Shown: positions 57,410 to 64,000 of the stretch, in pieces
Numbering within the stretch: position 1 is the stretch's first letter
Layout: every line of letters starts with the position of its first letter
Assembly (NCBI GenBank): GCA_044229975.1
Contig: JBGARZ010000019.1
Location: 111,225 to 175,224, forward strand
DNA length: 64,000 bases
From: Polyangiales bacterium
GTDB taxonomy: Bacteria > Myxococcota_A > Polyangia > Polyangiales > Ga0077539
Direction: 5' to 3'
Translations under genes and position numbers: made by a program
Notes under the pieces: model-generated
The model's input: only the letters and a program-made list of their open reading frames with translations
Told to the model about the DNA's origin: nothing
Database searches by the model: none

Positions 57410-58237
57410 TCAGCGACGGCGTCGCGCGCGGCGCAGGAACACCGCGAGCGCCGCGAGGCTCATCGCGCTTGCGAGCCCCGACGACGGGCGAGCGCCGGTC
57501 GCCGAACAGCTACACCCGGCGCTGCTGCCCGTGGTGGTCGTGGTGCCCACGTCGGCCGCGGTGCCCGCGTCCGCGACAGCGCCCGCATCGAGCGTGGCGG
57601 GGGCGTCGACGACGGTGTCCGCGTCGGCGCTGCCGCCGTCGACGGTCACGGTGGTGCTGCTGATCGAGAGGTCGGCGCAGTGGTGATAGAAGCAGCCGCC
57701 CGGCACGTTGAGGGCGTGGTCGGACATGAACTCGATGACCTGCAACGTGCAGTGATCGCAGGTGACGTCCGAGGGGAGCGTGACCTGGATGGTCTGCGGC
57801 CCGGAGAAGGGTCGCGTGTGCCGCAGCGCCCCGTCGATGAGCACCGGAAACACCGGCGGGTCCTGGATGGGAACGCTCCCGCACGGCGTCGCCCCGGCCG
57901 TGACGATGGGCTCCTCGGGCAGCTCGCTGCGGTCGTTGACGGCGAGCGCCACGCGGTAGTGACCCGGGTGATAGATGGTCTCGGTGATGGTGATGGTAAT
58001 GGTCTGACCGGCCTGCACCGCCGTGATGGCTCCGGTCTCGCGGCCGCCCGCGCCGGTGCCACAGGGGCCCTGCTTCTGGGGGTCGCCGAGGGAGTTCTGC
58101 GACATCCACGAGGCCGGCTCGCGGAGGATGAAGTGGGCGTCGGCGGAGTCGGGGGCGAGCAGCAGCAGGGCGCCCAGGGCCAGCGCTCCTCCCACCGCCC
58201 GTCGACCGTTGCGTCCTGTCATCGGGGTCTTGAACAT
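57410..58237 (-). CDS. Myxobacterial LPMO-like (His-brace) protein with MYXO-CTERM
   Basis: Signal peptide ending ADA|H so His is the mature N-terminus; QKQGPCG, HPGHYRVAL, CDHCTLQ, FYHHCAD; DAG linker; GCSC-TM-RRRR tail. Confidence 0.85.
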   Translation of the reverse strand: MFKTPMTGRNGRRAVGGALALGALLLLAPDSADAHFILREPASWMSQNSLGDPQKQGPCGTGAGGRETGAITAVQAGQTITITITETIYHPGHYRVALAVNDRSELPEEPIVTAGATPCGSVPIQDPPVFPVLIDGALRHTRPFSGPQTIQVTLPSDVTCDHCTLQVIEFMSDHALNVPGGCFYHHCADLSISSTTVTVDGGSADADTVVDAPATLDAGAVADAGTAADVGTTTTTGSSAGCSCSATGARPSSGLASAMSLAALAVFLRRARRRR

Positions 58238-58353
58238 GCTCGGCTGGCTCCTCGTCTCGTCGCGCTGTCGCGCACCGTACCTCAGATGCGCTAGAACCGT
58301 CCGCCGCTCGCGGCACCTGTCCGCTTCTCACCCACTGCCCAAGGTTCGCGCCC

Positions 58354-58677
58354 ATGGCCCTGGCCTCCCGCCTCCGCTTCGCTGCCCTCTTCGTCGCCGC
58401 GCTCGTGGTCTCGTTGACCTTCGCGTCCGACGCCGGGGCCCAACGTCGCCACCGTCGCGACCGGGGCCAACGCCGCGAAGACATCTCCCGGCTCCCGGTG
58501 GTCAACGCAGGCCCGACCTACGTGGACTTCCCGGAAACCGGTCAGGCCGCGACACCCCGCGCGGAGCCCGGCTCGGGCGACGCGGCGGTGCCGGCTCCGG
58601 TCCCGGTGCGCGCGGACGAGCCCACGACCGGGCGCCGTCGCGGCCGCCACGGCGGGCGCCGCCACCATCGCCACTGA
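58354..58677 (+). CDS. Small secreted hypothetical protein with basic termini
   Basis: Signal peptide ..DAGAQ; Arg/His-rich tail. Confidence 0.5.
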   Translation: MALASRLRFAALFVAALVVSLTFASDAGAQRRHRRDRGQRREDISRLPVVNAGPTYVDFPETGQAATPRAEPGSGDAAVPAPVPVRADEPTTGRRRGRHGGRRHHRH

Positions 58678-58779
58678 CCAACTCCCTCCAGACCCTTTGC
58701 TCCCGTGTCCGACGACATGACCCATCGACCCGACGGCCGCGCCGACGCGCACGTCCCTGCGCGGCTGCGAGCGACCTGA

Positions 58780-59652
58780 GTGTCCCACTGGATGGGCGAC
58801 GCGATGGCCCTCGGGTGCGCGGTGGTGTGGGCCACCGCCGTGATGCTCTTCCGTCGCCTCGGCGAGGTGCACCCGGTCTCCCTCAACCTCTTCAAGAACG
58901 CCGTGGCCACGGTGCTCCTCCTCCTCACCATGACCGTCGCGGGGCTGCACTTCGACCTGCACCGCGCGCCCCTCGACTGGCTGCGGCTCGTGGGCAGCGG
59001 TGTGCTGGGCCTCGCCATTGCCGACTCGCTCTTCCTCGCGGGTCTGCGTCGCGTCGACGCGGCGGTGGCGGCGACCGCGGACTGCGCCTACTCGCCGACG
59101 GTGATCCTGATCTCGACGACGTTTCTGGGAGAGGTTCCGCGGAGCGGGTTTCTGTGGGGCGCGCCGCTGGTGATGCTGGGTCTCTTGCTGGTGGTGTGGC
59201 AGCCGAGCGGCGCGAAGAAGGTCGACGGCCGCGGTCTCGCGCTGGTGTTGGGCGGCGTGATGACGACGGCCGTGGGCGTGGTGCTGGCGAAGCCCGCGCT
59301 CGGGCGCAGCGGGCTGGTCGAGGCGACGACGGTGCGCTTGCTGGCGGGGTCGGCGGCGCTGCTGGCGACGCAGCTCGTGCGGGGCAAGGGCAGGGAGGCG
59401 CTGGCGCTGTTTCGGCCGCAGCCGGCGTGGCGGGTGGCGGTTCCGGCGACGGTGCTGGCGACGTACGTGTCGATGCTGCTGTGGCTGGGCGGGATGAAGT
59501 ACGGCACGGCCTCGCGCGCGGCGCTGCTCAACCAGACGGGCGCGGTGGTGCTGCTGGTGATGTCGCGGGCGATGGGCGAGAAGGTTCCGGGGCGGCGCTG
59601 GTTGGGCACGGCGCTGGCCGTGATGGGCGTGGCGATCGTCGTGGGGCGGTAG
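58780..59652 (+). CDS. DMT/EamA family transporter
   Basis: About 10 TMs in two repeats; SGVLGLAIADSLF, FLGE, MGEK motifs. Confidence 0.9.
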   Translation: MSHWMGDAMALGCAVVWATAVMLFRRLGEVHPVSLNLFKNAVATVLLLLTMTVAGLHFDLHRAPLDWLRLVGSGVLGLAIADSLFLAGLRRVDAAVAATADCAYSPTVILISTTFLGEVPRSGFLWGAPLVMLGLLLVVWQPSGAKKVDGRGLALVLGGVMTTAVGVVLAKPALGRSGLVEATTVRLLAGSAALLATQLVRGKGREALALFRPQPAWRVAVPATVLATYVSMLLWLGGMKYGTASRAALLNQTGAVVLLVMSRAMGEKVPGRRWLGTALAVMGVAIVVGR

Positions 59653-59660
59653 CGAGCGGG

Positions 59661-60227
59661 TCAGCCGCGCAGGTAGGGCGCGAGCGCGTTGACGACCGCG
59701 TGCGCGGCGGGGTCGGCGAGCGTCTGCACCGCGAGCTGGCAGAGGGTCACCGCGTAGGCGTAGTGGAGCGGGGCGCGGGCGACGGTGGGGCACCACGCGG
59801 AGAAGGCCGAGAGCTGGCCGTCGACCTTGGCGGCGTAGTCGATCCAGATGCCGTCGCGGCCCGCGAGCGGGACGGAGTGGAGGGGCAACCGGGGCATCGC
59901 GGCGGTGACTGATTCGAGCACGGCTTCCTTCACCGTGGACTCCCAGATGCGCGGCGGGGAGGGCGCCGCGAAGCCGGTGGGTTGCGCCCAGCCGACGCTC
60001 ACCATCGCGGCGTCGAGGATGGAGCGGTCGGCCGCGCGAACGTCGATCCAGCCGCCGACGTCGAGGTCGCTGAGGGTGATGGCGACGGCGTCGTGGAAGG
60101 ACGGGTGGAAGACGGCGCGCCAGGCCCGCGGGAGCCCGGCGAAGGTCGGGTGGTCGAGCTCGTGGAGGCCCATCGCGGCGCGGATGAACGCGCGGTAGCG
60201 GTCGGAGCGATCGTCGGGGACGGCCAT
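59661..60227 (-). CDS. Hypothetical protein
   Basis: 188-aa ORF filling the gap; TG-N-TAGCTT box 10 nt upstream of the ATG. Confidence 0.6.
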   Translation of the reverse strand: MAVPDDRSDRYRAFIRAAMGLHELDHPTFAGLPRAWRAVFHPSFHDAVAITLSDLDVGGWIDVRAADRSILDAAMVSVGWAQPTGFAAPSPPRIWESTVKEAVLESVTAAMPRLPLHSVPLAGRDGIWIDYAAKVDGQLSAFSAWCPTVARAPLHYAYAVTLCQLAVQTLADPAAHAVVNALAPYLRG

Positions 60228-60364
60228 CGGGGAGGGGAAGCTACCATCGCCACGGGAGGGGCGTGGGGCTACGCTCGGCCTCGTCAGATGCCGAGCCTCT
60301 GGTTCATGCGCGTCGGCCGTGAGCTCGGTGGGTGGTGCAACGGCGTGTGGTGGGAGGATTGTTC

Positions 60365-61360
60365 ATGCAACTCGATTCCGTGCGGGAGCTCAAAGCTGGC
60401 CTATTGGACTCCGTGGTGACGTCGATTCCGGTGAAGAAGAGCGGCGGCATCAAGGCCTCCGCCGTCGGCAAGACGTCCGAGCCTTCGCGCATCCAACGCA
60501 CCGTCGCGCTCGGCGTGTCGAGCAAGGGGAGGTCGGGCTACCGACTGGCGGTGCGGGTGCAGCGCCGTGACCTGCTCGACGGACCGGAGGTCGAGTCCAT
60601 CCGCAAGCGCGCCAAAGGGGAAGTCGACGTCCAGTATATCGGGCGGCTGTCCAAGCAGGCGACGCGGTGGAACCAGCAGCGCGTTCGCCCGCTGCGGCCC
60701 GGCCTGTCCATCGGCCATTACAAGATCACCGCCGGAACCCTCGGTTGCTTCGTGACGTCTCGCAAGACCGGGGAACTCTTCATGCTCTCCAACAACCACG
60801 TCCTGGCCAACGAGAACGACGCCGAGGCCGGTGATGCCATCCTCCAGGCCGGCCCCGACGACGGCGGGCGGCGGAGCACGGACAGGGTCGGACGACTCGC
60901 GACCTTCGTGAAGTTGAAGAAGACCGTTCCCAACGTCGCGGACTGCGCGCTCGCCAGCATCGACCCGTCGATCGAGTGCGTCGTCGGATCGCTGAAGGGC
61001 ATCGGCGCGCTCGCGGGCCTGGGCCCGGAGTTCCTGCCCAAGCACAGCGGCGTCGCGAAGGTCGGTCGCACCACGGGCGTGCGCCACGGGCGCGTGACCG
61101 CGTTCGAGCTCGACAACGTCGTCGTCGAGTACGACTTCGGCAACGCCTCCTTCGACGACCAGATCGAGATCGAAGGCGCGGGCCTCAAGGCGTTCAGCGA
61201 AGGGGGCGACAGCGGGTCGCTCATCGTCGACGACGACCGCCTCGCGGTGGGCCTCTTGTTCGCGGGCGGCGACGAGGGCGGCGCCAACGAGGCGGGGCTC
61301 ACCTACGCCCACCCGATCCGGTCGGTGCTCGACCTGCTCAAGGTCGACCTCGCGCTCTGA
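60365..61360 (+). CDS. Trypsin-like (S1, Nal1-like) serine protease without signal peptide
   Basis: SD GGAGG before ATG 60365; AGTLGCFV, LSNNHVL (His), ADCALA (Asp), KVGRTTG, GGDSGS (Ser). Confidence 0.88.
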   Translation: MQLDSVRELKAGLLDSVVTSIPVKKSGGIKASAVGKTSEPSRIQRTVALGVSSKGRSGYRLAVRVQRRDLLDGPEVESIRKRAKGEVDVQYIGRLSKQATRWNQQRVRPLRPGLSIGHYKITAGTLGCFVTSRKTGELFMLSNNHVLANENDAEAGDAILQAGPDDGGRRSTDRVGRLATFVKLKKTVPNVADCALASIDPSIECVVGSLKGIGALAGLGPEFLPKHSGVAKVGRTTGVRHGRVTAFELDNVVVEYDFGNASFDDQIEIEGAGLKAFSEGGDSGSLIVDDDRLAVGLLFAGGDEGGANEAGLTYAHPIRSVLDLLKVDLAL

Positions 61361-61402
61361 CCGCCGATTGCGGCTCGCGCGGCGGGCGTCCACACTCCCC
61401 TC

Positions 61403-61630
61403 ATGTCCATCACGCTGGCACAGGCCCGATCCGTCAAGGCGGAGGTCGCGGCCACGTTCAAGACGATCGGCAAGGTCGTCGGCGTCGGCATCACCCAGAT
61501 CGGAGACGACTTCGCGGTGAAGGTGAACCTCTCGGAGGCGCCAGCCGCCGATCGGGAAGTTCCCAAGCGCGTCGACGGGGTGCCGATCCAGGTGGAGGTC
61601 GTCGGGGCGCTGAAGAAGCGGGAGCGCTAG
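61403..61630 (+). CDS. 75-aa protein resembling a free-standing protease prodomain
   Basis: helix-VVGVGI..AVKVNL..VPKRVDGVPIQVEVVG pattern; parallels the N-terminal segment of the upstream protease. Confidence 0.7.
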   Translation: MSITLAQARSVKAEVAATFKTIGKVVGVGITQIGDDFAVKVNLSEAPAADREVPKRVDGVPIQVEVVGALKKRER

Positions 61631-63324
61631 CGGCGGCGCGGGGCGGACGAGGCGCCGGTCAGGCGACGACGCAGCGCCCGGGAGACGAGCCCCTTCCCGA
61701 GAGCGTCGGTCGGTGTGGCCTTCCGCTTCGAGACGGCTGAAGCGGCGAACGCGACCGCCTGGGTTTTCGTCTCGCCCAGCGCCCGTCGCGTCGCCGGATC
61801 GAACGCGGCGAGCAACACCAGCTCTTCTCCGTGCTCACGCAGCAGGCCGGGGAACTCCGCTTCCGAAGCGTCGAGGACCTTGCGCAGTCGCGTGCGCAGC
61901 CGGTCGGGCGCGACGGACGGCAGGAGTCGCGCGATCTCGCCCACCACGCCGGACGGACGGTCGGTCGGCGGGGCGGCGGCGAAGCTCACGATGTTTCCGG
62001 CGGGCGCCGTGGCGGGCAGCGGCGCGCTCAGCAGCGCGTTGGCGTCGACGAGACCGGCTCCGAAGTCACCGCTTGCCCAGTCGATGGACTCCGGCTTCCG
62101 AACGCCGTGGGTGATGAGCAGCTCCTTGAAGACGGCGGCGAGGTTGTGACGACCGTATCGCTGGATGAGCGAGTCGCGTCCGTGGCGGGCCAGCCAGAGC
62201 GCGCAGACGCCCGCCATGGTGGCGGTGGCGTGGGAGGTCCCGGAGCTCGGCTCTTCGCCGAAGGGATGCGTTGCGTCGCGCCGGGAGCGGGCGGTCCAGA
62301 CGGACTCGCCGGGCGCGGTGACGTCGACCTCGGGGCCGCATGCGGAGAAGCGCCAGATCTTCTCCTCGGCGTTGCAGGCGGCGACGGCGATGACCTCTGG
62401 CAGCTTTGCGGGGTACACGACGAAGGGCCAGTAGTTGCCCGCCGCGGCGAAGACGATGATTCCCTCGTTGATGGCGCGCTGCACCACGCGTTCGAGCTCA
62501 TCGGAGTGGAACGGTCCGCCGAGGCTCATGGAGATGACGTGGCAGCCGATGTCGGTTGCGTAGTCGATGGCGGCGACCAGGCGAGAGAAGTTGAGGTGGA
62601 TGACCGATCGGGAGACGCGCAGCGGGACGAGCGACGCCTCGGGGGCGACGCCGGTCACGTCGGAGACGCCCGGGTGGTTGATGCGGTCGCCGATGATGAC
62701 GCTCGCGGTACCGGTTCCGTGCCCGGGAAACTCCAGCGCGCCCTGGTCGAGCGGGTCGACGGCTTCGTCGGCGGCGCGGACGAAGTCGCAAGCGAGGTCG
62801 GCGCGCACTCCCCCGTGGGCGCGAACGATCTCCGGGTGTCGGGTATAGCCCGTGTCGGGGTGTCCAATGAGGATGCCTTCTCCGAAGGGCTTGCCGCTTG
62901 AGAGGGGCAGCTCCCAGGCGTCTTGAACGTGGCAGAGCGACAGGCTCCAGTCGCGCTTCGGGTTGACTCCCGACGACCCACCGGCGCCGAAGGCCGAAGC
63001 GATCGCGGGGTGCGCCGTGAAGTCGGGGATGTGGGCTGGTTCGAGGCCCGGCTGGAAGAGTTCGAGCTCGGCGGACGCGACGTCGCGGTCGGCCCGCAGG
63101 CGCCGCACGGTCGGCCAGGCTGTGGCGAACGGGACTGGCGTCTCGTCGCGGCGCCGGAAGACGCGGGTGCGGCGGTCGCGTGTGACGGGCTCGTCTGACC
63201 AGTCGGGGCCGAGGGTGCGGGCGACGATGGCCTGGGCGAGGGCGTCCATGGCGTCCGTGGGGAGCGTGGCGGTTCCGATGCGCGCGATGAAGCCGGTGCA
63301 GCGAACAGGGGCCGATCGAGCCAT
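61627..63324 (-). CDS. Subtilisin-like (S8) serine peptidase without signal peptide
   Basis: IGHPDTGY (Asp), GHGTGTAS (His), AAAGN (oxyanion Asn), SGTSHA (Ser); SD AGGA before ATG 63324; frame stays open to GTG 63519. Confidence 0.9.
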   Translation of the reverse strand: MARSAPVRCTGFIARIGTATLPTDAMDALAQAIVARTLGPDWSDEPVTRDRRTRVFRRRDETPVPFATAWPTVRRLRADRDVASAELELFQPGLEPAHIPDFTAHPAIASAFGAGGSSGVNPKRDWSLSLCHVQDAWELPLSSGKPFGEGILIGHPDTGYTRHPEIVRAHGGVRADLACDFVRAADEAVDPLDQGALEFPGHGTGTASVIIGDRINHPGVSDVTGVAPEASLVPLRVSRSVIHLNFSRLVAAIDYATDIGCHVISMSLGGPFHSDELERVVQRAINEGIIVFAAAGNYWPFVVYPAKLPEVIAVAACNAEEKIWRFSACGPEVDVTAPGESVWTARSRRDATHPFGEEPSSGTSHATATMAGVCALWLARHGRDSLIQRYGRHNLAAVFKELLITHGVRKPESIDWASGDFGAGLVDANALLSAPLPATAPAGNIVSFAAAPPTDRPSGVVGEIARLLPSVAPDRLRTRLRKVLDASEAEFPGLLREHGEELVLLAAFDPATRRALGETKTQAVAFAASAVSKRKATPTDALGKGLVSRALRRRLTGASSAPRRR

Positions 63325-63372
63325 GGGGTGTCCTGTTGCGGTAGGGAGTGGAGGGGAAGCGGTCGCGGAGCT

Positions 63373-63490
63373 GAAATCACCGGTCTGGGGATCGAAATCA
63401 GTGCTCTCGGCGTGCAGGACGGTCGTCTGGGGATCGAAATCAGTGCTGTCGGGATCGAAATCACCGGTCTGGGGATCGAAATCAGTGGTC
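63373..63490. repeat. 21-bp-period tandem repeat (about 5.5 units), consensus GAAATCA(C/G)nGnTCTGGGGATC
   Basis: Units start at 63373, 63394, 63415, 63436, 63457 and 63478; units 1 and 5 are identical. Confidence 0.9.
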
Positions 63491-63510
63491 GGAGGCTCCC
63501 TCCGACCGCT
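63484..63510. terminator. Hairpin GGTCGGAGG-CTC-CCTCCGACC, possible terminator of the upstream minus-strand remnant
   Basis: 9-bp perfect stem immediately after the TGA at 63516; weak U-tract. Confidence 0.45.
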
Positions 63511-63515
63511 GTCGA

Positions 63516-63692
63516 TCACTTCGTGGGCGGTGTTGCGGGCTTCGCGGCCTCTTCGTCCTCGTCGTCGACCTCTTCATTGGTGTTGAGAGAGGTGTCGACG
63601 AGGCCCAGCTCCCTGCGCAGGCGGCCGTCGACCTCGGAGTGGAAGGTCTCGCGCCAGTCGCGCCACCAGAGCCAGAGGGCTTCGTAGCATGC
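63516..63692 (-). pseudogene. 3' remnant of a gene (..YEALWLWWRDWRETFHSEVDGRLRRELGLVD..DDEDEEAAKPATPPTK*)
   Basis: 58 sense codons with a protein-like acidic C-tail; bounded upstream by an in-frame TAG (63695-63693) with no ATG/GTG/TTG start. Confidence 0.5.
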
Positions 63693-64000
63693 CTATCCGG
63701 TTGGCACCCAAGGAGCGAGCGCACCGGAAAACCCGTGTGATTCCGCGGCCCGCGTGCGGCGACCGGGAGCGTGACGGCGCGCGTCATCGGCTGCCACGCC
63801 GCGTCATGCCCGGGGCACGCGGACACCGGCCGGGCGCCCGACTGCGGGCCGGTCGCCGCGGTTAGGGCGCCGCAGCAAAGTGCTCGGGCTGAACGGGCGT
63901 AGGGTGTCCAGCGCTCGCCAGAGCTCCCAGGCAGTCGGGCATGCAACTCGCGACCAACGTGACGAAGGTGTTGAAGGAGACGGCCGCCGCCTTGAAGGGC
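63693..64000 (+). mobile_element. Probable left part of an IS; transposase-like ORF starts at ATG 63941 (MQLATNVTKVLKETAAALKG..) and runs off the window
   Basis: The 20 residues resemble, from memory, the N-terminus of ISAzo13-related (Rhodopirellula-type) transposases, and the position coincides with the truncation of the gene remnant. No terminal repeat can be verified within the window. Confidence 0.4.

Noticed and set aside
63373..63490. Possible CRISPR array
   Set aside because: 21-bp period with no unique spacers of CRISPR length and no cas genes.
60365..63950. Identical ATGCAACTCG at the starts of the 60365 and 63941 ORFs
   Set aside because: Only about 10 bp with no extended similarity; likely chance.

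Overview
Very GC-rich chromosomal window from a myxobacterium (phylum Myxococcota, probably Polyangia-like). The evidence for this is two MYXO-CTERM-sorted proteins, many Cys-rich lipoproteins with DAG/DVP linkers, an FHA-sigma54-activator-like gene and a membrane Ser/Thr kinase-like gene. Housekeeping content: groES-groEL with a sigma70 promoter and two CIRCE operators, rpoZ, larC, thiL, and a partial dcw cluster (rsmH-ftsL-ftsI-murE-murF-mraY, a two-gene insert, then murD-ftsW-murG; no mraZ, murC or ftsQAZ in the window). Accessory content: a secreted trypsin-like protease, a 251-bp perfect-type inverted-repeat element, an FG-GAP surface protein, two Cys-rich lipoproteins behind near-identical 19-bp-spacer promoters flanking an orphan PIN nuclease, an eight-gene MoxR/vWA/ABC operon, a divergent OmpA-TSP3 / Cys-rich adhesin pair (TraAB- or split-AgmC-like), a His-brace LPMO-like surface protein, and two copies of a REP-like hairpin. 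The right end holds a signal-peptide-less protease module (trypsin-like protease, free-standing prodomain-like protein, subtilase) beside a 21-bp tandem repeat, a gene remnant and a probable IS. Five proteins look like pseudo-enzymes, and several genes appear leaderless. All family calls come from motif recognition by eye; no searches were run.
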